A stretch of DNA of 64,000 nucleotides, taken from contig NC_134036.1 in NCBI RefSeq assembly GCF_964204645.1, positions 8,346,812 through 8,410,811 on the forward strand, written 5' to 3'. Positions 27,386-41,833 of this stretch are shown one piece after another; position 1 is the stretch's first letter, and every line of letters begins with the position of its first letter. Below the pieces are notes generated by a model, which worked only from the letters and a program-made list of their open reading frames with translations, made no database searches and was not told the DNA's origin. The DNA comes from Tubulanus polymorphus (lineage: Eukaryota > Animalia > Nemertea). Both the position numbers and the translations under genes were made by a program.

Positions 27386-29320
27386 TCGTGCATAGGTTCT
27401 TCACCACCAATTGGACCAGAGTCAAATGCAGTTGCCATTATTTCTGAGAGTTCGTGGAACTCTTTGCAGCATACACATTCACGGGGAGTTTGCATTGGGG
27501 AGCAAACATACATGCCAGTGCTGGTTCTACATGAGCACCTAAAATTTAAAAAAATTGAAAGTAATTTCTTTAGACTGGCTGGAACATTGTGAGAGATTTT
27601 GACCTCTGGATCAGATTGAAGTTTCTAGGGAGCACTTCGTTTCTGTCGGTGTTTTCATATCGCGGAAAGACGGAATCGCGGAATTTTCCATAAACGCGGA
27701 ATTTCTTCATTTTTACTTTAAATAGTAAACGGGTTTCCCCACGGGGATACCCACTGTCGGACAGGGCACGGGACCGATCGATGCAACGAGTTAGGTTCGA
27801 ATCCCATTATTTGCAGGCAATTTTATATGGAATTATTATATTACGATACTGTTTACTGGCTGCCACCTGTAGAAGAAGTCAGAATCAAGTGGGGTGAAAG
27901 AGACCAGGCACCTAATGTCTATTTCTACTAGGCAAACTTCGGTTATCGAACTTCAGAAACGAATATTATCAGATGAATATTGAGCACGTTCGCGGTGTCG
28001 GACCGTAGTTGTAGATGGTTGCAAACATGAAATCCTACGACCAAACAAGTACCGGTTCAAATTCCTTTGAAATTATTATAATTTTACGGCCGTCCAGTAC
28101 CGGTAACAATAAGATTCTTTTGATCAAAATAATCAGCATAGGAACATATATGTTATATCAGTCACAAAGTAAACATTAAAAAAGAAACCATTTTATAATC
28201 TTTCATTTCATTTAATTCTAAAAGATAAACCACATTCGCTTATAACAACAATGTAGACACACAACACGCATGGACAATCCTAAGCCAGAATGAAATATAC
28301 ATAATGTCTATTTATTTTCGTCTGACATCGATCCAGTTCCACAGTTGTGAGTTAACTCTGAGTTACTTAGTATCAATTTATTTCCAATGTTTTAAATCCA
28401 GAGACCAGAGTCAAATCTTAACTCGGAACTGAGTCCTGGAGAATGACCCATGGTGTCATCACAAATCCTACGTTTACGTACCATCGATTTGTATTCCTTC
28501 AGTTAATGCAGCGATACTCTGTATCACTGAATTCGCAAAGCACGTATTGCCTAGGTTCTCCATTATTTGGAACAGTATCGTTAAGTTGTTGACTGGCGAT
28601 ATAATAAATTATCAAATACTAATTCCCGGTGTTGAAAACCTGGGTCCGGTGCCCTGTCCGACAGTGGGTATCCCCGTGGGAAAACCCGTTTACTATTTAT
28701 AGTAAAAATGAAGAAATTCCGCGTTTTTGGAAAATTCCGCGATTCCGTCTTTCCGCGATATGACAACACCGCGTTTCTGTGGCAGTGTCCCTGCTGGCAT
28801 TTTACCGGTACTAAATAAATTTAATTTGCATTGAATTGAATATAAGTTACGCGAAATTTACCAACAAAAGCCGCGCAGTAACAATTCTTAATGGAAAGTT
28901 GTATCTTCCTTATCTTATAAATTTACACTTCATGATATCTAATTTCACCACGATTTAAAACTACTGAACCGGTGCCCTTCTTGTCGGTGTTGTGTAGGTA
29001 GGCCTCAAAGATTTAGAGAATTAGAAACAAACTAATAAACCAATGAACCCAGAAATGGTCGTCGAAGTATTCATATTATTCATCTTACTATATTTGCTAT
29101 TGTGTTGTGTTTATTTTGTTCATTCGAACAACTTACCAATCCGTATTGTCTGCCCTTTGTTCAAATTCTTCTACGCCGCCGTCGTCGTCACTACTACTAT
29201 TGTCGTCAGATGAACTTGATTCACTTTGTCGTCAGAATTATGTCTTTTGACTGGTTCGAACATGTGTGGTTGAATATTATAATCAGTGAATTCAAAATCA
29301 CTGAACCCATCGTCCGACAT
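27386..29320 (-). pseudogene. KolX / P2X7 C-terminal-like Cys-rich gene of a Kolobok transposon; exons 29320-29137 and 27538-27386
   Basis: Exon 1 MSDDGFSDFEFTDYNIQPHMFEP...(frameshift)..EQRADNTD-TG|GTAAGT; exon 2 AG|G-CSCRTSTGMYVCSPMQTPRECVCCKE, rebuilding the W-C-x-C..M.T.RE..CC.E motif. Confidence 0.72.
27647..28771. mobile_element. 1125-bp MULE-like MITE with ~128-bp TIRs and 9-bp TSD
   Basis: TIR CGGTGTT(T/G)TCATATCGCGGAAAGACGGAATCGCGG..; CGTTTCTGT at 27638-27646 and 28772-28780. Confidence 0.9.
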
Positions 29321-30585
29321 TTGAGGTCTTTTGTTAAAAAGCTTTTGTTAGGAACAACGACAATGACTAAGATACAATGAATGGCACTATATGTTGTTTA
29401 GCACCAATCACGTCATAATCCACGCCATCTTCCGGTTGAAGTTAGGAACTAACACAGCTATTTTTAGCAGAAAATCGGAGGCTTGAAGACAAGTTTAAAA
29501 CCATTTTCTTTACTGACAAACTTATTTTTGACGTGTAAAATTTATATTTTCATGAATATTGAACATATACCTAACGTTGATAAAGAAACTATGGGAAGTC
29601 AGGATGATGGCATGTGCTCTTAAACAGTTTTCTACTCTACTGCCCTTGTGACAAGCTTTGTTTTCACAAGGTTGAGTTGTAAAATAGATACAGTTAGTGA
29701 CCGGGACTCGTCATTGTGAGGGTTTACAACTTGATATTACAACTATACAAAAACCGTCGATCCTTTATTTTCCCTTGTGTAGCAATCGGACTTTTCAGGA
29801 TTCCCAGAATGCTCCTCGAACACGAACTGAAATATCCCACAAAATCCATAGTACCAACTCGCACCTATCCGCAAATAAATCGTTTAGTCGTTTATTTGGC
29901 GCGTTTGTAAGGTTATATGCCGTAAAGCATTAATTTCTTCGGACCATTCTGGGAATCATTTTGATACAAACAGAAAACGTATTATAAATTTGAAATGCGT
30001 TTAACGTGGAAATGAAAAAAAATCATTAGGAGTTTTTTACTGCCGACGAACCATGAACAAACCGATAATTGATTTTTTACTCGCAGTTTTATTGAATTTA
30101 ATAATAACACGCGATTTAACGAGTTACAGATGTAAATTCGATTGTTAAATTCGAGTTGTTTCTTTACGGGCTCGACCTAGTGAGGCAGAAACCTGACTGT
30201 GGGTCAGTTTCATAATCGGATATTTCCCAAACCCCCGCAGATATATCCCGTTATGAGCCCTTATCTCATTTCAACAACGATTAGGAACACATCCCACCAT
30301 TACAGTTGTTGTCGCAACAATCACTATCATCGTTACACAATATGGACTGGTTTATGCACTCGTTATATCCTAACTCGTTATATCCTGAAATTAAAAACGG
30401 AACGTAAGTGAAACACTTATTTTACTTTGAAATAAACCATTTTACAGTTGCTAGCCGCCATTTTGTTAGGGTACTTTTGTCCCGTATTGTTGGGTCATTT
30501 TTTTCTCTTTTTTAAAAACTATCCGTGATGTGTATTGTATCATATTTCATCTGTCCATGGATGGATTTTGACAACTTCAGCAACA

Positions 30586-30728
<143 letters not shown>

Positions 30729-33221
30729 TTCATAACATGGCTTACCTTAGTCACTTCTTCCAATGTATTTTCTTTTCCAAATGAAATCGTTCTCTCGAGC
30801 CAGGAGAGTCGACTCATGAATAAAATATATTTCGCGCAATATTCTATGTGTTTCAAATACAAATTGAAAGTATGCTAATAATTGCCCAGCTTGATATTGA
30901 TTGAAACTTTGATCGATATTTTGTTTATTTAGGGAAACTGCAGTAAACCTTTTTTTATGTGCATGTGTTATCGTGAAAGCGGGCAGATTTCAAATTCGTT
31001 TCAAAAAGTTCAGTTCATGTCCACCAGTTCTAATATGCAGCTTATTGCTGCACCGAAATTTGTTTGGCTTTGTTTCACACAGTTGGTTGGTATAGAAACG
31101 TAGATACCACACTGACAGGAGTATGTTTGTTAATCGGGGTTTCAATCGTGATTTCGATGATTTTCGTCTCTAATGATTACATGCCCCGCTATTTGGTTTA
31201 TACGTGACGGCTGTCATCTGCAATAGATTGTGCAAATAACTGTATTAAAATTGTTGAATATGAGTTAATTATGAAGAATTGGAAATTTTAACTACAATTA
31301 TAAGTAGAAATGAATCGCAAATTTACAGTTTTGCCACTGCAGTTCTACTTTTAGCTGAATCAATACGCACCCGTCACTCCATCGATATTCATTGAAACTC
31401 ATATCGATATTTTGGTAAGCTGTATCACTACGCACCCAGTAGGCACAATCGATGCACGTGCATCACTATTTACTCCTAGAGAGTCGATCATACGTACATT
31501 GTTTTTCATTGGTTTCATAGGAAACCATTATATTTAATGAGCTGTCACTGATATTAGGTTTTCCTATACTATTTTATCATTTTCGCTGATGTACTACGCG
31601 CGTATAGAACACACCATTCTGACTTGTAATGCACCGGCCTTACGTCTATGATTGTAAAGCGACGACGGGATCATTTTTTTCGAATTGTCGAACTGAGCTG
31701 CGCGTATTTCTTTCGGCCGAAAGATGCAATCGAGACTGCCGAATAGATACCGCAGACCACAGTCATCCAGTGTGTATTGCTATCCTGCACATTCGCCTCA
31801 CGTTTCGGGTAAAATCTACCGTAATCTGGTCGTCGATGGCAGTGAATATGATTTTGCCCTGAAATACTTGTCTTTCAACTTTTAGAAATTTCATTCTGTC
31901 AAAATGAGACCCTTGACAGCTACGATATATCAAAGACACTAACGCATTTACTTAATTTACCCGCCATCATAATTCTGTGTGGAATCTAGAAAGTATGTTT
32001 GACGATAATTGGGAACCACTGTTGTTTCGGTAGAATTTCCATGTCCCGAACTCTGCAGTTCATTCAGCATTTGGTCACTTTTCGGCACTTGATTCGAGCA
32101 AATACTTTGTAGGGAGCGACGAGTCCAGTTTTAATCATTATTATGGATCGAATTATATACAGTTTTATGGTTTAAACAGTAATACCGATTGCACATGCAC
32201 ATATGAATTTGAATTTTTAAATATCACTTGTTATCATAGTAGGCCTAGGCCAGAAATTAATCTAGTGTTTGAAGTTTTTGTAGACCAACTGATCAGACTC
32301 TGTAGCAGTTCAACTTTACATAGATGAGTTTCCATAATAACTATAATCGAAGAGAAATTTCGTCAAATTACTAAATATGACTAGTTCAGTCCCGTTTTAT
32401 GGTTGAAAATGATTTAAAGATGAATGATATGTCGCTATCATGCACATTCGTCACACGCGTCGCATAACAAACATCAACTGGCCATTAATTAAACTGACTT
32501 ATACTCAGAAATACAGGTCTGTCAAGTCTGTCAAATCTTGGAATAATACTAATCATTCAATATGGATTCAGTTGTGACGTCACGTGAAAGACCTCAATAG
32601 AAAACTAATCTTGTTTGTTAAACTTGGTATGGGTTGGAACAACGTCATTCAAGGATAAAGAACCTGTTTCAGGTAATTAATCAACATTTCATGAAGGTTC
32701 CATCTGTTGTGCTGACTATGAAACATCATTACATACGAGTCCTGCCTATAAAACTGGTATGCCCGTTATCTGCAAATCGATCCACGATGAGTGTTCATCG
32801 AGAAGAAATTTCAGTAACCGGAAGCTTAAGAGCAACATATGCTGTGTTTGATCATCGATCCAAGATAAGCGTTCATTAAACATTAATTTTTGAAACCAGA
32901 TCCCCAAGAGCAACAGGTGTATGGTAGAAATGTATTTGCTCGTCAATTCACGATGATTAATCATCGAGCAGAAATATCGACAACCAGAACCAGGTGACTA
33001 AACATCTTTCTGCTGATAATTATTCGACAGTGAATTGTTAAACGAGATGTTCTAAATAATGCCATCTAGTATGATAATAATTACTTATCATTTCAAGATT
33101 CTAACTGGTGGAAAATTTAATGTAAGCTCGATAATATTCATGACCTAGTTTTCTTTGAACTCATGTTGTTGTAGAAAATAGATGAGCTGGATTTTGAAAC
33201 AGAATTAGTGATCGAGAACAA

Positions 33222-33537
33222 AACTATACACGGAGTCGATTTGGCCCGAGCCAATTTGGCACGGATCATGCACGGGCCAAGTTTGGCCCGTGCTTAACTA
33301 GAGAGTGCAGTCACATGCAAACCATTCACTCGATACTAAACAATGCTCAAACAAAGCGAAGTGGATAATTTCCGGTGCCAGTTCAATTCAAGCGCAATCA
33401 TTTGTCTGGTGCCAAAATTTGGCTCGGGCCTGGTCAGACGTTTTTGGTCGGGCCAAACAGGCTCGGGCCCATTTGGCACCCGTGTGAACAGTTGTACAAA
33501 TTTGGCCAGGGCCAAAAATGCTCGTGTGATCCCGGCT
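33222..33537. mobile_element. Palindromic GC-rich MITE-like element
   Basis: Repeated TTTGGCCCG/CGGGCCAAA subunits in both orientations; AACTATACACGG..CCGTGTGAACAGTT symmetry. Confidence 0.45.
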
Positions 33538-35469
33538 TATGTTCACCAATTTTAAAGTTTTTAGCAATGACGATTATTAATGAGCTCTGAAAAAAGTGAA
33601 ATAATTTGAACCGATCTTACATATTCTATTTTATGATTGGAAAATAAAGGAATGGCGCAGATCAAATACGCTTACGCAATTCCGTGGCAACCACGCTCCT
33701 ATTTGTGTCGGGATGCGATCATAAAATCGTGTTTCTCAGTCGACCTTCATAGATTGCTCGGCTTAAAAGATACCCTAACAGTAAACGTTCACAGATCATT
33801 CGGAAACGTTTTTCTCAAGATCTGTACATATTTACCGTCCAAACTTTGGCTAAAACGTATACTGAACGGTTTTTCTCTTTTTTTTTATAAAAACTATAAC
33901 ACTATGTGACGTGTCATTTAAATCCCACATGAAGCACCGTACTTTGCATCAGCCTTGAAAAAAATACAGAATAATCCATGTTTTATAGTCGCGGAATTTG
34001 GGATTCGAACTTGCTCTGCTTTGTACAGAGGAGAGGGAAGCCGTGTGTACGAATTCGCTGCGCGCCATTTTCTTGTACCGGTTGGTGCGAGTTGGGTCAG
34101 AGGACTGAACTTCACAACGAAAAAAGTAGGACCCTATTCTTTATTCGCAAAAAAGATTCACGTTCTGTACTTTAAAAGATGCATTGCAGCTTGCAAATAG
34201 GCCTTAATAGTGTGTTCGCCGCAGTGTAAGCTAGTTTTAAGCAGGGTTGCACCTGTTGTTTGCTCTAAATAAGCCTACAAATCAGCTCTGAGGTCCGGTG
34301 CGAATTCTTGATCAAATTTTTGCCTACTGAACATGGTTTTTAGGAGTCTACAAATTAAAGAATCCAAGAACATGTCTATCTATCACAGCCACACTTGTCT
34401 TAAGAACAATAAGCAATTAACCATATTGGCCTAACTTTTTCAGTAGTACATTTAAAAACAGTCTGAAGTAAGTTTTTTTTCATTCCGGTTTTTTTATTAT
34501 CTGTTTCCTATAGTAGTCCTTCCATTTGGAGACTGTGACTATGTGATACATGTAATCTACTGCAGAAAAGATCGGATGGTAATGTTGGCTCCCTAAAAAT
34601 AGCCACATCTGTTGGGATGAAAAGATATCCGGTGATCTTTTTGAAACATGGTGTGCGTGGCTAGACGAGTTGCTATTATTATGCGATTTGAGAATCCCTC
34701 GACATCATTTGTTCTCGTCGCCTTCTGCCGAAACGTGGCAGCTTAATCTGTCCTGTGATGCATCGAAACGAGCATTCGGCTGTGTTGTTTTAACGCGGGT
34801 GAGCTTTATACCTGTTCATTTATTTTGTTCGTTACGTTTGAAAATGAAAAATATAGATTTGAATATTTCATCACTGCGCTTACGTTGGTCGCTTGTTTCA
34901 ATGTATGCGGCTTTCGGAATTGAAATATATCGTTATCTCGAGTCAGAAGCTGTCGATGAATGACTGAAATATATTGCGCGCGTTCATATATTTCAAATAC
35001 AACTGAAATTATACCAATGACTGCACAGCTTGATATTGATTGAAATTTGTGTTGATGTAGAATCGATATGCATACGGCTCTTTAAAATCGATCTGCGCGC
35101 ATCCCAGAGCTTTAAGTACATATAACGTTTCGATCCCTCAGGAATTTATTATATTTGATGAGCTGTCGTTTTCCAGAATTTCTGAATATTAATTTGTCAT
35201 ATGCTACTTCAATATTTTCACTCATGTACTGTGTGTGTGTATAGAACGTATTATTGTGCCCGGCCTTACATCTGCGATTATAAGTGACCATGGAATCCGA
35301 TGGTTGTGTGGATTGTAAATTTCCAGTGCGTGTTTTTGTCGACCACCGGGAACGACATGCACAGTTGTCACACCTTGTTTTGGTCGCCATCTGGTCATCA
35401 TTGTCAGTGCTTTGAATTTTGCCAAAAATTAGTGTACAGTCAAATCTTTTATTCCTCCCCCGCGCGGCG

Positions 35470-35707
35470 CAGGACTATGATATTACACAGTATGATTACC
35501 CCTAGGGAGAGTATGTACCCTATTGATTTGGGGTCCAAGGACCAAAGGTCAAGGTCACTACACGTCATTCATGTGAAAGCTTGTGAACGTCATTCAAGAA
35601 GAACCGTTGATAGCAGGACCATGATATTACGTAGTATGATTACCCTTAGGAAAAGGATGTGTCCTATTGATTTTCGGATCCAAGGACCAAATGTCAAGGT
35701 CACTACA
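35470..35707. repeat. ~144-bp tandem pair with AAAGGTCAAGGTCA motif (satellite-bearing Helitron/Helentron-N-like fragment)
   Basis: CAGGAC(T/C)ATGATATTAC..GTCAAGGTCACTACA at 35470 and 35614. Confidence 0.7.
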
Positions 35708-37399
35708 GGTCTTCACAATGAGTAGAAACCTAGCGTGATTGACGCAAACTACAACAGTTTTATAGTTAAAGGACGTGCCATTCCATATCATACATATCGT
35801 TATAAATTTCTGGATATTAACTTTTCATGTGATACCACGTGTTGACTCATGTTCTTCATTTAAAAACACGTTTGATTTTGACCGATTGATTATTTTCATT
35901 TAAACGATTATCGTGTTTTAATGACCGCATCAAAATGGTGTGAATTGAGGTACTTATCTCTATTAGATGATTCTCGTGTAAAAGGACATTTAGATATTAA
36001 TATCCCCAGAAACTATTTGCAGAAACTGTGTTGTTAATCCAAAGAGAGTTTTTTCTCCTCAAACACGAAAATCTTCAATTTCTACGTCAATTCGTTACCG
36101 ATCTCCTTGATTTGATCGAGTTCAACAGTTTTGATAATTTTTTGACGCCTTATAAAACGTTACCATTATGAAACCTAAACAATGTTAACCATTCAGCGTC
36201 ATTTTACAAACGACAGCCGTAAATCGATGTGCAAAACGTCACAGGTCTATGTGTACACAAACAAGCTATCTGGCAAAATATTATTGACATAGATGTAGAA
36301 TGGCTTCCTTTGATTATATAATGACCTATATTTGAACGTCGAAATGTTTTATTGCATTGAATATCATTAGAAGACGTATTGTAATAGTAAAGGATGTATG
36401 ATTGTATCAGAAGCGGCAGGCATAATTATCGAAATGATAAGTAAATCGGATTATTCGGTTAAATGGCGGATGTATACACGATTTGGAAGTCCGATATAAA
36501 AGTCAGACCCTGACTCGGGCATGCCGGTGGAATGACGAAGCTATCTACGATGTGTGTAGGGCCGGCGTGAATTTCATCAGCGGCTACAAGCGGTAAATAT
36601 GAAAATGTGTAAACATATAATTTCAATATTCAAACGTTTTAGAAAATATGTTTGATATTAGGAGTATGCAGGTTTCGTGAGATTAGCAATTTATAATAGC
36701 ATAGCTGTCATATACGGCTCCGCGTCCTCTGATGGCATGTGTATTAGGTGACAATTCAATTCAATTCTTTATTGATCCTTATTACATTGAAATTCCGGGA
36801 TAAAATTCCCGAATTCAATAAATACAAATTTTAAAATAAATTAATACAACATACATGACACACGGGTAATTCATACAGAACAACATAAGCATGTTATTTT
36901 AAATGACAATGTCTACTTCAACCCACCCAGACTCAAGACTCTAGGATATCGAGTAACAGCCAAACCCGTGGCCCGGGCCCGGGGACCGGGCCGGCTGGCT
37001 AGGCCACACGATATGCTCGAAGTCATGATGAAGCAGACATCAGAAGAGCTCTTTCTTCAACCATGGAGGCAATGACGTTGCAGACCAGCTTAGAGGCATA
37101 AGTAAATGAAGTCGGTCGCAAGTTCGCGATCAATTATTGAGAATTTTCAATAAAAAGATTTAAACCACTACTAGAGTCGAAGACCTGTATCATCTACCCA
37201 ATCGCCAAATCTCATCATTCCCCAAATTTCTTAAAACTTCGATTTCAAATTTGCAATTCCACGTTAGCTTAGCCCAGAAATTCTATATTTTTTTCGCAGG
37301 CGTCAAATAATTTTCTAAAATTAATTTTCTTGTTGTCTTAGTGTAATGTTAAACATGAAAACTGGATTCGGAATCTATTAGTTTGATATGGCTGAATAC

Positions 37400-37665
37400 T
37401 TGTATTAGTTAACTAAATAATTTTGGGTCCGGAATTTTCAGTAAAATATAACGGACGAAATAGTTTCATATTTCACGCGTTTCCACTCGGGATTCTCAAG
37501 TACTGAAATTACCGCCTGACTAGTTGAGAGAATTGAATAGAAAGTAAATAGTGTATTGAATATCTGAAGAGTATAAAATACATGAGCGAATTTTCTACAT
37601 AAACGTTTCTATATTGAATGCAGCAACCGAACTCTTACACGAAGGCAAAACTGTAAGTAGATAAC
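37400..37665. repeat. Dispersed ~260-bp repeat (second copy ~62995-63245)
   Basis: Shared AATTTTGGGTCCGGAAT..GTTTCATATTTCAC..ACACG(A/G)AGGCAAAAC..GTAAGTAGATAACA. Confidence 0.8.
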
Positions 37666-39588
37666 ATGCGCACTGTGATGGCAAATGGGTGATAATTGTT
37701 CATCGACGTGTCATATCGTTTAGTAAAGTAATATGTATCAGTGTGCCTGGACTTTATTACATAGAAATTTTCATTTTTGGCTGGTCAGTGGTCGGTAAGT
37801 TACTAATGACCATTGCTAAGGCAGTGTGCCCAAATGAATCTCCAACGATTACAACCCGTTTTCGGTTAATTGCATATGGGAACGTTACTGCTAGAATGCT
37901 GTAACGCGCTATTCTCATTTATGAAATTAGTTTTGCACCTAAATCTACTTCACTACCTTTATTTATAGTTAAATCCTTGCAAAAACATGATTAATGTTCC
38001 CCAGGTTGTCTGCTTTCGTTGGATGCTTAATTTCAATTGATAATCAAAATAATGGCGCTGCTTTCTGCTTATAAACTTTTCAAGTCAGAGCCATTTTACT
38101 ATGTATCGGAGGCAAAAATGCATTTGGGCAGCGGGTTTTTATAAGCTTGACAGCTTATATAAGGATGATTAGAACACCAATGAAAACAGTTTTCAACGGA
38201 AAAGAAAAGTGGCTTTTATATGTTACAAGTTTGGTGGCTGTATCTTAAATAGCCAGTTTGTGTCAATTCTTAAAGGAGTTTTATCACTACGGCTGCACCC
38301 AGTTACTGTTACTGCTGCACACAATGCGACTGAAAGGTGTAACTCTGTGTGTTGAACCATGCTTACATTGATTGCAGAAACGATCCTATATGAGTTGTCA
38401 AAAGTCGAATACCGGTACCACTGGCCATGTAATGGCTTAAAATGACAACAGTTCACGCATGACCACTGACTGACAAATAGTCAATATTGTCCCTGTCACA
38501 TTATTAGGCCCCGGCCTAGTGTACCAACAAACGTGGGTTTAAACTGCAGTTTGGGTCACCCTTCCACTACGTGGTGCTAGTTGTTCCAAAATTAATACTA
38601 ATTACCAATTTTCAATTCAATTGAATTAAGTTTTATTGAACAAACTCCAAATTTGCAATTCAATTCAATTCGTGGCGCTAGTCCAGTATACGACATTATA
38701 GTGCGTGCATAGAGTTACACTGCGTTATTCGGTCAGTGTTCACAGCAGTTGACAGTCGACACCTAAAGTAAACTATGAGAATAGGTGGCAACCTGTCAAC
38801 CCGTACTGAAGTATAACAGTTTTTCACCCCTTTAACTGCTATTTGTCTTCATAATTTTCATTGTCATTCATAAATCCATTGCGAATTATGAAGTTGCGGA
38901 TGATTCGGATGATATCGACATTTCGAAACACAAAAAGGCATGTATATATAACATTCAAATATAATATATCTAGATAGCTTTTAAAATTGGTGGAAGGGTG
39001 GTTTTTTATGTTGATTTGACAAATCGTTGGTCCTAAATAACCTTGGGAAGGTTTTTAGCATAGTTTAAAATGTGAATGATTAAGGTTAGGGTTCGGGTTA
39101 GGTTTAGGGATAGAGGTTAGGGGACCAAACCGAAGGTTTTGGAGACCCCACTAGTGCACGGGCAGCGGGTTATCCCTGTAAAAAAAGTATGAGTTATGTT
39201 GTGTGAGGCGGTCTACGGGACCTTGATGCCTCGGGGCGTGTTCGTGAGAGTTAAGGGTTACTATGAGGCTTCAATTCAGGAATCAGTGAACTATACCATT
39301 GGCAGTTGTTTCTCTGTTAAGGAACATGAATATATCATTATAGACATGTGACGCTGCTGTATGTCTCCACTGATGTGTATGTCTGCACATCAACCAACCT
39401 ATCGAAGACAAGTTTCCTGCTAGTAAATAATCAAATGATATATAAAATATTATATCAATTGATTTTTGGGAATAATTAATTAGGAAGATGTTCTCGAAAC
39501 AGAAGACTAGACGATTAGTATACGCGTTCACACGGAATCTAGGTGAGAGGCCGGTCGTTAACCGTCCGGTACAGTTATCACCTTACTG

Positions 39589-39800
39589 AGGGTGTCTACC
39601 TGTCATCCATCCTGTGCGATCATCACCTAACTGTTGTATAGGGTGTCTACCTGTCGTCCGTCCTGTGCATTCATCACCTAACTGCCATGTAGGGTGTCAG
39701 CTGTCAACCGTCCTGTGGAGTCGTCACCTAACTTGTGTGTAGGGTGTCATCTGTCAACCGTCATTTAGAGTCATCACCCTAGTATGTAAGGTGTCGCGTG
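39589..39800. repeat. ~50-bp tandem repeat, 4-5 copies
   Basis: AGGGTGTC..CTGTC..CATCACCTAACT units at 39589, 39640, 39691, 39741. Confidence 0.85.
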
Positions 39801-40597
39801 TCATCAGCTGTAAAATATGATCCCCAATCAAGGATCTATGTTCATGGAGCTTCTTTTAGTTCCATATTACTACGCTTTTATATATTTCAGCTTGCGCATT
39901 AATTCCCCGATTTACTCCAAAAGTATCTCTACACGTTGCACTATAATGTCGTATATCGGACTTGGGCCCAATTTGTTTCTATTGAACAAACTTCATATTT
40001 TCAATTCGATTTCACTTTATTGATTAAAAATGATATATACGTATAACATCCCCACAATCGAACGGGTAGTATAATTCATATTCAAAGGAGGAAAGAGCAT
40101 CGTATCCTCAATTAATACGCTTTATTCACAAGTTAGATCATGGATTAGGGTTAGGGTTAGGTCAGCAATACGACTGTGGAATCTTCCCAATTTGCGTAAT
40201 CTACTTGCATGCGCCGAATATTTTATCTTTAAGGTTTAGGTAAGGTCCACATATCGTGTTAGCTGAAGGATATGGGTTAGGTTTAGATTTAGGCATAATG
40301 AACATAAGACCTACTTTTTGGAATAATGAAACTCACACAAATTGCACAGTTTTCTTAACTAGCATAAAACCTACGGCTAATATTATATATTTAAGGATTC
40401 AGTCATGTTTAGATAGTTGGTTTGATCAAGGATTAGGGTTAGGGTGAGGTTTAGGTAATATGAGTGAGAATTTTATCTTGATACAACGGACCAGCGGTCA
40501 ATGTCAAGTTAATTTAAAATGTTCAGTATAATGCTTAGTTATATCACTGTAAATATCATCAGTATATAATACATACCACCAAAAATATCACTCATTC

Positions 40598-40940
40598 ACT
40601 AAAATCAATGTCGACTTTACACAGTAAGGTACATGCTGACGATGTCCACGCTAAAATCAAAGTCTACTAAGGCATTGTAAGGTACCACGTTGACGATGTC
40701 CACGCTGTCTACACTAAAATCAATGTCTATACTATAAGGCATAGCCAAGGTACCACGTTGACGATGTCCACGCTGTGTGCACTAAATCGTATCGTATCGT
40801 AATTTGCAATCAATAACGAAGGCCGATCTGGCCTATGACAGGTTGCTAAAATCAAAGTCTACTATAACACACAGTACATATACAAGGTACAACGCTATCA
40901 CATTCGATTACACTAAGTCAAAGTCTACTATAACTCAGTA
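40598..40940. repeat. Degenerate tandem repeat (CTAAAATCAA(A/T)GTCTAC..AAGGTAC..GACGATGTCCACGCT)
   Basis: About five related units visible. Confidence 0.7.
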
Positions 40941-41173
40941 CAACGATTTGGTGGCACTACTTATAAAAAAAACTAATTCAATTCAATTGAACTTTATTTA
41001 CATGTTTTAAATCGACATTCTCCATTTACATGATTTAAACTAATAAACATGCTCCTCTAGGACACCTAAAATGCAGTCGTACCCAAACATGTTCTAGTGA
41101 ACCTCCGGACTAGTGGTCCATCGGACAAGTGGACCCGTAGACTAGTGATACGCTACTGACTTTGTATGTCACA

Positions 41174-41236
41174 TATAAAGCCCAGCACGCGCGAGATCAA
41201 ATGGCAGTGTCTCTCAAGCCTCATCATTCTAAACTA
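41174..41236 (+). promoter_or_regulatory. TATA box, initiator and non-coding first exon of the knottin gene
   Basis: TATAAA 41174-41179; CAGT initiator-like site ~31 nt downstream (41205); donor GTAAAT 41237 and acceptor TTCCAG 41343 just before the ATG. Confidence 0.6.
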
Positions 41237-41352
41237 GTAAATTATATGAAAACAGGCTTATTTTATGATAGCCTTTTGAAAACTGTTGAATAATCAGAAT
41301 TTGGGATTGCCCACAATGCTAATATATCTAATTCAAATTCCAGGCATCGAAA

Positions 41353-41833
41353 ATGCTAGCTTATTTAATGACTCGTGTATCTGCTATTGTTGTGATAGTG
41401 ATCAGCGCCGCGTCATTTGCAGAAGGTGAGTAACGACCTGGAACATAATACATAATTTCATATGATTCAATTAATTAAAAAGACACTTATCAGTAAACGT
41501 TGAGCAGCTGTTTATAGATTTAAAGAAGTAATTTGATGAATTACATTTCAAAGATAATGTTACATACTTTATATGCTGACAAAAATTTGCTAATTGACGT
41601 GTGGTATTTTTTCATACGTAAATGTATTTCCTAAACTCATGTATTGATTTGTTTGTCATACATTCGGGGGTGTGGGGTTCAATTAAATCTCCAATTTAAA
41701 TAAAAAAATTGCTCGAAATTCCATTTTTGATTTGTTTTTTTTACGAAATATAGGTTGCAAGATACGAGGCGTAGTTTGTCTAGGTGATACTGATTGTTGC
41801 ACTGGCAATTGTACCATCGGAACTTGTTCGTAA
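41353..41833 (+). CDS. Secreted inhibitor-cystine-knot (knottin / conotoxin-like) peptide, 50 aa; coding exons 41353-41425 and 41754-41833
   Basis: MLAYLMTRVSAIVVIVISAASFAE-G|GTGAGT..polypyrimidine TATAG|GT-CKIRGVVCLGDTDCCTGNCTIGTCS*. Phase-1 intron, C-x6-C-x5-CC-x3-C-x4-C framework, AATAAA at 42016. Confidence 0.88.

Larger units (their letters stand above)
27300..29619 (-). mobile_element. Kolobok transposon fragment
   Basis: Carries the KolX-like gene; candidate end TTAA|GAGCACATGCCATC on the minus strand (TTAA at 29620-29623); other end not found. Confidence 0.5.
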
